A DNA stretch of 64,000 bases from an uncultured Chloroflexia bacterium (GTDB lineage Bacteria; Chloroflexota; Dormibacteria; Aeolococcales; Aeolococcaceae): the NCBI GenBank assembly GCA_963803165.1, contig CAWDLK010000003.1:42513-106512 (forward strand). Reading direction: 5' to 3'. The translations under genes and the position numbers were made by a program. The notes below the pieces were generated by a model, which had not been told where the DNA came from, made no database searches, and saw nothing but the letters and a program-made list of their open reading frames with translations. Shown here one piece after another: positions 17,094-26,013 of this stretch; the first letter of the stretch is position 1; the number at the start of each line of letters is the position of its first letter.

Positions 17094-18266
17094 CTACGGT
17101 GGGGCTTGCACATCGCTCCCCGGTAAGGCCTCCATAGGTCCAAGGTGGTAGCCAAGCGACCAAAGTCCGTATGCCACCTCGCGGAAGCAGTCGTAGCTGG
17201 CAAGCCACGCTCGAGCGTTACGGCACTCTGCATCCCGTGGCTCCCACCGGAACCCGTGTTGTGCCATGAAGGAGAGGACTTCGCTTGTCTCGGCGCGTGG
17301 CTGATCGACGGCTAAGTGCCTGGCCACGAGTGCCACGGGGCTGCGGTCAGACGCGTCGAGAGGTGAGCCGAGCGCAAATTCAGACACCCGCTCACCAGCG
17401 GCCATCATCCTCTCCAGTTCTGCCATCAAAGGGGGCCCGACCTCTTTTGCTATTGTGGCGACGCGCTCTCGTATCGACCGTCCGCGCTCGCTTCTCAAGT
17501 AAGCCACCAGAAGCCCAACCGCCACGAGGCCTAACGCCAGCGCTGCCTCCCGTCCGATTGTGCTGGCTAGCTTCTTCGCCCCGCTTACCCCGGCGTACCC
17601 GACGGCGCGCGCCGCGAGCTCGACGCCGTTGACACTGATGCCCATCTCCCCGAGCGTGTAGACATCCACGGCCACGGCGTCTGTCTTGGTATCCGGCAGG
17701 CCCAGCGGACGGAAATCACGACGGTTGTCCGTGACGAGGACGCTAGGTGCGAGGAGTAGAGCCAGCGCTGCTGTCGGGGCATCTGCGGCGTGGAGCGTAG
17801 CCACAGCCGCCACGCGCTGGTCCATCATCGCCTCTGGCGGAACCGGAACCACTCGGACGTTGGGAACGATTACATCGTTCCACACCAGGCGCACGCCTTC
17901 CACGTCTCCCCGGCGATCTGCTATATCCCGCAAGTGGCGGATCGCCTCCTCCATGACACATGGCGTGGCGAACAGGGCGATCCCGGTCCAAATGCTGTAC
18001 CCGGGACTCGCGCGACCGAGCAGTGCCGGCTTGTAGCCCTTGCGAACCGCGTAGTCCACATTGCGGATCAAGACGTCAGCGTCCACAACCACTGGGGTCG
18101 GAAAGAGAAGTGCCCCGCGGCCGGCGGCCCCACTCCTGGGCCCGCTCAACGGTCCTTCCAAACTATTAGCCCTCTGCACTCGGATGCCCGCCAAGGCCCT
18201 GAGCGCGATCCGGTTCTGCCACCGTAGCCCGGGTATCCCCCGGAATCGACGCCGACGCGGCCGCAA
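17094..18266 (-). CDS. PIN-domain protein fused to a C-terminal region with a transmembrane helix; start uncertain (N-terminal ~50 codons overlap upstream gene)
   Basis: PIN acidic residues in order: VVVDADVLI ... CVMEEAIRHL ... LHAADAPTAALALLL ... VLVTDNRRDF; predicted TM ALALGLVAVGLLVAYL; ~150 aa C-terminal domain of unknown function. Confidence 0.55.
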   Translation of the reverse strand: MRPRRRRFRGIPGLRWQNRIALRALAGIRVQRANSLEGPLSGPRSGAAGRGALLFPTPVVVDADVLIRNVDYAVRKGYKPALLGRASPGYSIWTGIALFATPCVMEEAIRHLRDIADRRGDVEGVRLVWNDVIVPNVRVVPVPPEAMMDQRVAAVATLHAADAPTAALALLLAPSVLVTDNRRDFRPLGLPDTKTDAVAVDVYTLGEMGISVNGVELAARAVGYAGVSGAKKLASTIGREAALALGLVAVGLLVAYLRSERGRSIRERVATIAKEVGPPLMAELERMMAAGERVSEFALGSPLDASDRSPVALVARHLAVDQPRAETSEVLSFMAQHGFRWEPRDAECRNARAWLASYDCFREVAYGLWSLGYHLGPMEALPGSDVQAPP

Positions 18267-18858
18267 CTGGCAGGTCCGCCGCCTCCTGCTCCATCGCGTC
18301 GATGACGAAGTCGATCTCGCGACGGGAAACGCTCACGAAGTGGAACCGGGTGACCCATGACCCGTCCCCTGAGGTAAGCGTCTGAGCCAAGTCCTGGTAC
18401 TGCACGAAGCCGTTGGCACCGGCCAAGTAGTCGGCAGGCAGGGGCCCACCCCCTAAAGCCGGCAGCTGGAGAGGAGGGTCTAACCGAGCATCCAGGCACT
18501 CACCGGCGGCGATGATTCCCGCGAGGATTCGGCGCTCCACTGGCGGACCATCCCCATTCCTCGTCGTGAGCACGCCGCGGACGTTGAACGCCGGCCCGCG
18601 CCCGCCGTTCTTCAAGGGCAGCAGGAGATCGCCGCTCTCATAACGCGTGTCGGCCCTTCCAGAGATGTAGTCCGCCGGCAGGTGGGGACAAACCACGGCG
18701 TGCTGCGCCCCCCATTCCCGAGCCCAGGCGTCGCTCAGCGCCTCCTTGCGATCGCGCTGCTCCCTCCGGATCGCGCGAGCATTCCAGACAAACCCACCCG
18801 TGCCGAGCACCACGGAAACGAGCAGGGATGACAGGGCGATCCAGAACGATCCGTCCAT
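18166..18858 (-). CDS. hypothetical membrane-anchored protein (N-terminal TM helix)
   Basis: 230 aa; N-terminal WIALSSLLVSVVLGTGGFVW hydrophobic helix then soluble domain; sits between the 500-aa gene and the PIN gene on the same strand. Confidence 0.45.
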   Translation of the reverse strand: MDGSFWIALSSLLVSVVLGTGGFVWNARAIRREQRDRKEALSDAWAREWGAQHAVVCPHLPADYISGRADTRYESGDLLLPLKNGGRGPAFNVRGVLTTRNGDGPPVERRILAGIIAAGECLDARLDPPLQLPALGGGPLPADYLAGANGFVQYQDLAQTLTSGDGSWVTRFHFVSVSRREIDFVIDAMEQEAADLPVAAASASIPGDTRATVAEPDRAQGLGGHPSAEG

Positions 18859-18924
18859 GCGGTCCAGAATGCTACCCGGCGCGTGCGCAACTCATTGGCG
18901 CCATCCAAACCCTGGGAGCAGCCA

Positions 18925-20427
18925 CTACAGCCCCAGCTGCCAGCGAATGCTTTGGCGCATCCAAGTTTCGAAGGGGTTGCCCGGTACCCCGTGTGGTGGG
19001 GCGCAGTGCTCTGGCAGCAGGGTCACGTGAGCCAGCCGCTCGACCGGCGTTAGCTCCATCAACCGGTCAAGCAACGGCGTCACGGTTTGGAAAAGTCGTT
19101 CCACGAGCCTTCCTGGATCAACGTGGGTGCGGCCCAACACCACTGCCCGGGCGCCCCATAAACTGCGACCGCCCTCGGCGTCCATGGCGGCCAACAGCTC
19201 CGCCTCTTCGCCAGCCGGCAGGCCCACCAGGGTCTCCTGCGGGCCGTGGTCTTGCGTGTAGGCGATGCCCTGCAACGCCGTACCGTGGACCGAGTTCCGA
19301 AGCAGGCGGACGATCGTCAGGACGTGGTTACCCGCGGTTCCATCGGCGACTACGTCAGCGAGGGTCGGCTCCGCCGCATGGCATTTCTGCCACCAGCTGT
19401 TCCGCTGCCAACCGACCAGGTGCTCGTCGTGCTGGATCCCGAGAACGCGGTGGGCAACTCGCGCGGCGATGTCGACGGCAGACATGAAGGAGACGAGGAC
19501 CACGTCCAGCGTGGACAGGGCGTCGTCGCGGAGGTCGTTGTTCTGCTTCTGGTTCAGAGCAAGATGGATGGCGTCGCGTAGCTCGAGAGCTCGGTCCACC
19601 CGTTGCAGAAGGCTACCGGCTAGCAGCAGGAGGGAGTCGTCGCCTGCGCCGGAGGCGTACTGGCCGCAGGCGTTGAACCACCGCCATGCCGCCGGCAGGA
19701 TGTCTCGGGTGCCGACCCAGAAGTAGAGGCCGCGATTGAAGCTGACGTGGTTGAGGATGTGGAACTCGCCCTGAGCCCGAAGGTACAACCCAACGAGCGT
19801 CAAGGCCTCTGCCGGGGTGCACACGGTGGTGCCGCGGTTGGCATACCCGCGGTACTTGTGGAGGAAGGATCGCTCGGTGACATAGAGATCAGCCTCGACC
19901 GCCTGGCTGGCCACCTGGGCCGCAATGGCGTCCTCCCGCCGATGGTTCCGGGCCTCCTCAGGAGCGAGGTGATCATAGGCATCGGTAGAGGTGTCGTTCT
20001 CGGCGACATCGACCGCGTTGCCACGGAGTCCAGCGGTCATGTACCCGTTGGCGTGCTCGGCCACTGTGACACCTCGGTATCCCGGCGGCGCCTCAGGGTT
20101 GACAATAGCCCAGCCGGGGTAGGCCTCGACCCCGGTTCGGTGGAGGACGGGCTGAACGCCGGGAGGAGGTCCGGTTGGAGAATATCGGAAGCAGCGGATG
20201 AGCTCGTTGTCCAAGAGGTCGGAGAGCAGGCTCGTCTGATCCAGGTGCTGAGTGGGGTCCAAGCGCGTCGTGTCTGTCTTCAGGTCAGCATCGATGGCCA
20301 CGACCATCTTGCGCAGCGGTCTTCGGTGAAAGAACACCGGGACCGCTTGACTGGGGTCGGTCGGCCAGACCGGGGCCCTAACGGTCTGCCGCGAGACGTC
20401 GAGCTGCTTCATCGACGCCCACCACAA
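18925..20427 (-). CDS. hypothetical protein (500 aa), no recognisable domain; possible Rx3H HEPN-like segment
   Basis: Long coherent ORF in lower-GC island DNA; segment RLLRNSVHGTALQ read directly; no assignable motif. Confidence 0.5.
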   Translation of the reverse strand: MWWASMKQLDVSRQTVRAPVWPTDPSQAVPVFFHRRPLRKMVVAIDADLKTDTTRLDPTQHLDQTSLLSDLLDNELIRCFRYSPTGPPPGVQPVLHRTGVEAYPGWAIVNPEAPPGYRGVTVAEHANGYMTAGLRGNAVDVAENDTSTDAYDHLAPEEARNHRREDAIAAQVASQAVEADLYVTERSFLHKYRGYANRGTTVCTPAEALTLVGLYLRAQGEFHILNHVSFNRGLYFWVGTRDILPAAWRWFNACGQYASGAGDDSLLLLAGSLLQRVDRALELRDAIHLALNQKQNNDLRDDALSTLDVVLVSFMSAVDIAARVAHRVLGIQHDEHLVGWQRNSWWQKCHAAEPTLADVVADGTAGNHVLTIVRLLRNSVHGTALQGIAYTQDHGPQETLVGLPAGEEAELLAAMDAEGGRSLWGARAVVLGRTHVDPGRLVERLFQTVTPLLDRLMELTPVERLAHVTLLPEHCAPPHGVPGNPFETWMRQSIRWQLGL

Positions 20428-20602
20428 CTCCGTCGTACGCCGGGGCGCGTTCCGGGTGCCTGCAAGCGACTAAGCCAGATGGAGGCCCGGTGCGTGGGGG
20501 TGCCGCGAGTCCCGACCAAGCTGGCGGCCCAGGCGGTAGCCGGGGTGACGGCGAGAGCGAAGAGAAGGGCAACGAGGGGAACGAAGCGACGGGCAGCGGT
20601 GC

Positions 20603-21103
20603 TCACGGCTCGGTGTCCGGAGGCGGGGGCAGGATCGAGACCAACTCGCCGGTGATCTGCACCCCATGGTGGTCGATGAGCTCCTGGAGGTACAGGCCGA
20701 GCTGTCCGCGGAGCTTCCCGAGTGCCTCATGGAGCGCCCCGGACTCGGGGCCCCAGCCGACGGGTCCACCCCACCGGCGACTACGCAGACCCCGCTGCAC
20801 TTCATCGAGGAATGCCCGGCACGCGGCTGCCATCCTCCGCAGGGTCACAGCGAGGTCAACGTCGCGGGGAAGGCGTCCGATCTCGTCAACGAGGTGACGC
20901 CGGATTTCGATGACCGAGACCACGCAGTGGTCGAGGATCTCGATGTCCAGCGGGTTGTATAGGACCCGGCGATCCTCCAGGAACGCGACCAGTCTTGCGA
21001 GCACCTCCTTCTCGACATCCGGTAGGTTCTCCCAGCCAACGCCACCGCCGACGACGGGAAGGCTCACGCTGGTGAGCCGCTTGCGGATACGAGGCCGCGG
21101 CAT
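20603..21103 (-). CDS. hypothetical protein (166 aa)
   Basis: Coherent composition, same strand and upstream of 500-aa gene; no motif recognised. Confidence 0.4.
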   Translation of the reverse strand: MPRPRIRKRLTSVSLPVVGGGVGWENLPDVEKEVLARLVAFLEDRRVLYNPLDIEILDHCVVSVIEIRRHLVDEIGRLPRDVDLAVTLRRMAAACRAFLDEVQRGLRSRRWGGPVGWGPESGALHEALGKLRGQLGLYLQELIDHHGVQITGELVSILPPPPDTEP

Positions 21104-22582
21104 CCGGGCAACGATACCTCGCGAGCCGGGGAAGATCTGGCCCCCCGGCCAGCGGAGCCAGCATGGCCGGCAGCAGCAGCGCCTGCGCTCGGAGGCTCAC
21201 CGCCCCCTTCTCGGGCGTCTCTGGATTCCAAGACCCGAGGTGTCAGGGGTCAACGCATCGCCATCGCGGGGCTTCTGGGCCTTCCCGCGGTGGCCCCGAT
21301 GGGTAAAGGTTTGAGGACCTTCAGGGGCCAGCGCAGCCGGCGGACGGCGTCACGGGCCCGGCGCTGCTCGGCCTGGGCTCGCCGGCTAAGCAGGCGGTAG
21401 CTGCCGTCGCGGAGAGCGGCGATGGCAGGGAGTGCCAGCTCCATGGTGGCCATCGCTTGGGCGGCGAGGACGTCGAGCTTCTGGAGCACCGCCCGGGCGT
21501 CGCGGAGCAGTGTCTCGGTCCGTTTGACCTCCCGGGCGAGGTTGAGCGGATCCCGCGTGGTCGTCGCATCGCCTCCCGTCGCATCATCCCCGGACGCTCC
21601 ATCCGCTGCGTTCGCGATGCAGCCTTCCGATCGCTGCGCTCCTCCCCATCGCCCAGCACGCCGCGTACGTCTGCATTCCCCTCGCCCCACGCCTGCTGGC
21701 GCGTTCGCGCTGTTCTCGGATACCGTACCCTATGCACCCTCCGGTCATCTGTTCGATCCACCCTCCCTGGCGCCACCCTCGACGCCCTCCTGGCACTCGT
21801 CCCGGCGCAGCCCGGGGCGCGGTGGACGGGGCAGCGAAAGGAGGGTTTCGGGGCTCGGCAGCTGCACGCGATGCGCAGGTGTCAGCGGTCGAGGGCAACC
21901 GGCACCGGGCCTCCTGGAGCTCCTTTGAGCACGCGTCCGTGTGCTCAAAGGAAGAGGGGATCTGGTTCGGGATAGGGTGGCGGTGGCCACTCAGCGTCGC
22001 GCCGGGCTGGGTCGTGGCGTGCACTGCCTCGCCCTGCCCGACGACCACAGCCAGTACGAGCTCGGTGAGCGCGAGACCCGGGACCACCCTTCTCCTCACC
22101 GCGAGGGCGAAGGGTGAGACAGCAGCGCATGCGGTTGGCGCGAGCGGCCGACGACAGGCCGGTACGGGTCGTTTGCTGCGTACTGCGCGATCGGTCACGC
22201 CCTCCTCGAGAAGCGCTGGGCTGTAACAAGTCCGTGACGGCGCAGGATCACTCAGCCGCTCCTGTACCCGCAAACGCACCGTCATGAACGCGTCTGTACC
22301 CCCATACGGAGCTAAGGATCGCGTCTGTACTCGCAGTCCCTTCGAACGATGTGGCACCCGTACGCAGGGCTCGGTGCGTACTGTGCGATCGGGTCGGCTT
22401 CGCGCTGAGAGTCGGCGGGACTGCGTACGGGGTTCGTACGCCCCATCTGCTCGCATGGGCCCGTGGAGCGACGAGCCTGGTCACTGTCGGACGGCACGGA
22501 GATGCCCGGGGCGGCACCCCTCCGCACAGACCGCGACGTGACAGCCAACGCCGATGACGTCGGGCCTTCGGGCCCGAACAAC

Positions 22583-22780
22583 ATGGCTTCGGTCGCCTCT
22601 CCGCAGCTCCTGCTATCGGTACCCGAGGCGGCTCGGGCGCTCGGGATCGCCCGCAGCTCGCTCTACGTCCTGATGGACCGTCATGAGCTCACCAGCGTCT
22701 CCATCGGGCGCCGACGGCTGCTCCCTGCGCGCGCCCTCGAGGAGTACGTCGACCGTCTCATCGAACGTTCCCGCTGCTGA
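22583..22780 (+). CDS. xis: excisionase / AlpA-MerR-like HTH DNA-binding protein
   Basis: LLSVPEAARALGIARSSLYVLMDRHELTSVSIGRRRLLPARALEEYVDRL, typical excisionase-family HTH; start placed at the internal Met (MASVASPQ) because the upstream part of the track ORF is non-protein-like; adjacent to int. Confidence 0.65.
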   Translation: MASVASPQLLLSVPEAARALGIARSSLYVLMDRHELTSVSIGRRRLLPARALEEYVDRLIERSRC

Positions 22781-22825
22781 CCCCGGGGGTCCAGGAACGG
22801 GGCGGTCCCCTCCACGCTCCTCTGG

Positions 22826-23077
22826 TCAGGCTGCCGGCTGGACCGGGCGCACCGCCTCGCGAAGCCCCTCCGGATCGAGGTCGGCCCCGTTCGGCCACAC
22901 CACCGTGCCGAGCTCCGGATCGACCTGCACACGGCGGAAGATCGCCAGGTCGCGCAGCGGCTCGAACACCTCACCCCAAAGCTGCTCGGTGAGGTCGATG
23001 TCGCCGACGCTGCCATCGCTGAAGGTGAGCCGCAGCTCGTACCCCTCGCGCGGCTCGACGCTGATCACCTTGACCAC
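22826..23077 (-). CDS. DUF2442 domain protein
   Basis: 83 aa; MVKVISVEPREGYELRLTFSDGSVGDIDL...EPLRDLAIFRRVQVDPELGTVVWPNGADLDPE matches the DUF2442 consensus. Confidence 0.75.
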   Translation of the reverse strand: MVKVISVEPREGYELRLTFSDGSVGDIDLTEQLWGEVFEPLRDLAIFRRVQVDPELGTVVWPNGADLDPEGLREAVRPVQPAA

Positions 23078-23086
23078 GACCCCATC

Positions 23087-23356
23087 CTAAGCCAGCGGCT
23101 CGATGGTGACCAGCGGGCGCTGTTCGAGCACCCGCTGCCAGTTGTCGCGTAGCTCGTCGAGATGGAGGGACGCCCACTCCATCACGTGCCCGAGCGCCCG
23201 GGGAGGGAGCCAGCCGTCGAGGACCGCGAGCGGCTCGATGCCGATCGAGGCCTCGTGCTCGCCGTAGAGGGCGTGGAAGTGAGCGGCGTGATGCCGGCCC
23301 GCCGCCTCCCAGTACATGGCGATGACGATGCCGTAGAAGGCGCTGATCCGGGGCAT
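23087..23356 (-). CDS. DUF4160 domain protein (partner of DUF2442)
   Basis: 89 aa; MPRISAFYGIVIAMYWEAAGRHHAAHFHALYGEHEA, conserved DUF4160 N-terminus; abuts the integrase stop. Confidence 0.75.
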   Translation of the reverse strand: MPRISAFYGIVIAMYWEAAGRHHAAHFHALYGEHEASIGIEPLAVLDGWLPPRALGHVMEWASLHLDELRDNWQRVLEQRPLVTIEPLA

Positions 23357-24648
23357 CAGGCTTCGGGCCGACGACCCATGCGCCGGCGGGCTATCTCTTC
23401 GACAGCCTCACGCTGCATGGTCGGGGTCACGTGCGAGTACAAGTCGAGGGTGATGCCCACCGAGGCGTGGCCGAGCCGCTCCGAGGCCACCTTCGGGTGC
23501 ATCCCGTTCTTGAGCCAGTCCGTCGCCGCTGAGTGGCGCAGGTCGTGGAAGCGGACGTCGGGGAGGGCGGCGCGCCGGAGGAGACCATCGAGGGCGCGAG
23601 TGAGGGTGGTAGTGCTCAGGTAGCGGCCGAACTCGTTGGGGAAGACCAGGTCCTGCTCCACCCACATGGACCCAGCCCGGAGCCGGTCCTGCACCTGGCG
23701 CGCCCGATGTGCACGGAGGGCCTCGACTGTCTCGGGGAAGAGCACCAGGTTGCGCCGCGACCGGCGTGATTTCGGCGCGCCGATGGTGAGCTTCGACCGC
23801 AGTGCCCCTTGCAGCGACCCGGTGACCGACAGCATCCCCCGCTCCAGGTCGACGTCGCGCCAGCGAAGCCCGAGGATCTCGCCCTGGCGCAGCCCCTCCC
23901 GAATGGCCAGGACGAGGAGCGCCTCCAGCCGGTCGCCACGGACCGCCTCCACGAAGCGGTCGTAGTCGGCGTCGGCGAGGACGCGCATCTCGGTGCGGGC
24001 CATCGCCGGACGGGCGTCCTCGTCGACCAGGTCCGCCACGTTGCGGGCGACCTTGCCCTGGCGCACCGCCTTGGCCAGGGCGCGATGGATGACGGCGTGA
24101 ACGTGGTGGGCGGAGGTGGAGCTCAGCCCCATGCCGCCCTCGGCCGGGCTAGCGGTCATCCGCCGGTAGAGACGCTCCAGATCGCCCGGCTCCAGCTTCA
24201 CCAGAGGCTTGGTGGCGAACTCTGAGCGGAGGAGGTGGGCCCTCACGTAGCGGGAGTAGAAGTCGATCGTCGCGGGCTTCAGCTTCGCGGGGAGGCTGGC
24301 GACCCACTCCTGGAGCCAGGCCCCGACGGTGACCCGGGCGTCGGGCAGCGGGAGGCCCTCACGCTGCGTCTGGAGGGCCTCGGCGAGGGCCGCCTCGGCC
24401 TCGTCCTGGCTGTGCCGGTAGAACAGGCGGTAGGTCCCGTCCTCGAGCCTCAGGCGGCCGACCCAGCGGCCATCCTTCCGCTGGATGACGCCCCCCGTGC
24501 CCTTCTTCCGGCGGCCGCGGCGCGTCTCCTGGCGGGCGCCGCGCTCCGCTGACACCCCGTGTGACACCCTGCCGCGGCGACGGGGGCTCTCCGGCTCTTG
24601 ATTCCCGCTATCCTCGTTCACGTCGGCGCTCCTGGTGGAGCCGGCCAC
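23356..24648 (-). CDS. int: tyrosine-type site-specific integrase (phage integrase family)
   Basis: N-terminal SAM-like domain (GVIQRKDGRWVGRLRLEDGTYRLFY), catalytic HDLRHSAAT...LGHASVGITLDLYSHV (R..HxxR..Y); GTG start; an alternative GTG at 24621 has an AGGAG RBS. Confidence 0.9.
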   Translation of the reverse strand: MAGSTRSADVNEDSGNQEPESPRRRGRVSHGVSAERGARQETRRGRRKKGTGGVIQRKDGRWVGRLRLEDGTYRLFYRHSQDEAEAALAEALQTQREGLPLPDARVTVGAWLQEWVASLPAKLKPATIDFYSRYVRAHLLRSEFATKPLVKLEPGDLERLYRRMTASPAEGGMGLSSTSAHHVHAVIHRALAKAVRQGKVARNVADLVDEDARPAMARTEMRVLADADYDRFVEAVRGDRLEALLVLAIREGLRQGEILGLRWRDVDLERGMLSVTGSLQGALRSKLTIGAPKSRRSRRNLVLFPETVEALRAHRARQVQDRLRAGSMWVEQDLVFPNEFGRYLSTTTLTRALDGLLRRAALPDVRFHDLRHSAATDWLKNGMHPKVASERLGHASVGITLDLYSHVTPTMQREAVEEIARRRMGRRPEA

Positions 24649-24751
24649 GTCCCCGGCCGTTGCAGCAGCGCGGGGACTTCACACCTCTAGATGCTATAAG
24701 GTGTCAGATAGGGTGTCAACCTGATACCTTATGAGCGAAATTCCCTGACAC

Positions 24752-24825
24752 GGCGACGTAGCCAAGTGGTAAGGCACGGGTCTGCAAAACCCTGATCGTG
24801 GGTTCGATTCCCACCGTCGCCTCCA
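24752..24825 (+). tRNA. tRNA-Cys (anticodon GCA), CCA encoded
   Basis: Manual fold: acceptor GGCGACG/CGTCGCC, D-arm GCC-AAGTGGTAA-GGC, anticodon loop CTGCAAA (GCA), T-arm GTGGG-TTCGATT-CCCAC, discriminator T, CCA; C27-U43 mismatch in anticodon stem. Confidence 0.88.
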
Positions 24826-24899
24826 ATTCGATGTCACCCGCGCGGGGCGTCACCCGGGCGGAGGGCGCTCCCACTCCGCCGATGGCAGGCGCCCCTCGG

Positions 24900-25874
24900 T
24901 CAGGAGGAGCCGACCGCGGTCTGGGAGTCGAGGGCGGTCTCGATGCCCTGGATGGTCGCCGACGTGCACACCGACGACGGCTGGTTGCCGTCGGCGAGAC
25001 AGACCGCCGCGGTGATCCAGTTGGCGTTGCCGACGATCGCCCGGGTCACCGAGCTGCTCGGCTTGCCGAGGTCGGAGGCGATCTGGGTCCAGGTGAGTCC
25101 CTGGAGCAGCCCGGGATCGTAGCTGGGCGCGTAGAGGACGAACCGACCGGCGATGTCGAGGAAGGGAACGCCGGTGGCCTGCACGGTGTAGGGGGGCTGG
25201 TCGTAGGTCGTGTACACGCTCTCGACCTGCGCGCTCGGAGTCTGGAGCGGATTGTCGTTGCGGTCCTCCAGCTCGGTCGCGCTGAAGTCCACGTACTGGC
25301 TCTGGTAGCTGCTGTCGACGAAGGTGAAGGTGCTGGTGTTGGGGTCGACGTCGGTGCTGTCCGACGACATCTCCTTGAGGTTGCTGAAGCTGCCCAGGCG
25401 GGAGAGGGCCATGATCAGGCTCCACCGCTCGGCGGCGCAGTAGGGGCAGTACTCGGCGCCGACGTAGACGACCTCGGGCAAGCCGTCGGAGCCCTGGATG
25501 GTCCCGCTCCCGCCCAGCCGGATGAGCTGCCCCGTCTGTCCTCCCTTGTCCACGGTGCTGAAGAGGCTCGCGCTGGGGTCGGTCACGGCGTTGAGCACCG
25601 ACGTGGGGACCGTCGTCGGGGTGGAGACCGCGTACGCGGCGCCGCCGGAGTTGAAGGTGATGATCGCGAAGACGGCGATCAGCGCCACCACCACCGCCGA
25701 TCCACCTCCGAGGGCAAGGGGGCTCTGCCACCAGGGCTGCCGCGTCGCGACCGACCCCGGGCGGGCCTGGCGGCGCCTCTGCTTCTTGGTGAGCGGGCGC
25801 TGGCCGGCGAGCGGCGACGACGACGATCCGCTGCGCGACCGGGGGGCGGGACGGGATGGCGGTCTTTGAGGCAT
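24900..25874 (-). CDS. DUF929 family membrane-anchored thioredoxin-like protein
   Basis: N-terminal TM ([15 protein letters not shown]), CxxC motif [13 protein letters not shown] characteristic of DUF929. Confidence 0.7.
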   Translation of the reverse strand: MPQRPPSRPAPRSRSGSSSSPLAGQRPLTKKQRRRQARPGSVATRQPWWQSPLALGGGSAVVVALIAVFAIITFNSGGAAYAVSTPTTVPTSVLNAVTDPSASLFSTVDKGGQTGQLIRLGGSGTIQGSDGLPEVVYVGAEYCPYCAAERWSLIMALSRLGSFSNLKEMSSDSTDVDPNTSTFTFVDSSYQSQYVDFSATELEDRNDNPLQTPSAQVESVYTTYDQPPYTVQATGVPFLDIAGRFVLYAPSYDPGLLQGLTWTQIASDLGKPSSSVTRAIVGNANWITAAVCLADGNQPSSVCTSATIQGIETALDSQTAVGSS

Positions 25875-26013
25875 GGTTCTCTGGGGGGGGGGAGGTGGGC
25901 GACAGCCACCCCTGCCCGATCGGGATCGGAGCGGCTCTCGCAGCCACGGGAATCGTACCCGAGGTGCCTCGCGGGACCCCCCGGCCGCATCTCGCGGAGG
26001 GGCTGCGCGGAGG

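Larger units (their letters stand above)
10747..24788. mobile_element. ~14-kb integrated genomic island at tRNA-Cys: tyrosine integrase + excisionase + DUF4160/DUF2442 at right end, IS256, TA-like genes and orphan gene block inside; no phage structural or conjugation genes seen
   Basis: Bounded by a 38-nt direct repeat of the tRNA-Cys 5' half (10747..10784 and 24751..24788); int (23356..24648) and xis (22583..22780) next to the intact tRNA; visibly lower-GC patches (e.g. 10800..11700, 19600..20400). Confidence 0.7.

Noticed and set aside
21250-22456. ORFs 21250..21690(-), 21321..21776(-), 21584..22456(-), 21732..22226(+) between the 166-aa gene and xis
   Set aside because: Poor coding composition and overlapping frames. 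The region is repeat-rich and interpreted as regulatory/non-coding. A small real protein at 21250..21690 cannot be excluded.
10747-24788. Prophage interpretation of the tRNA-Cys island
   Set aside because: No capsid, portal, terminase, tail or lysis genes; only int/xis plus cargo. Called a genomic island.
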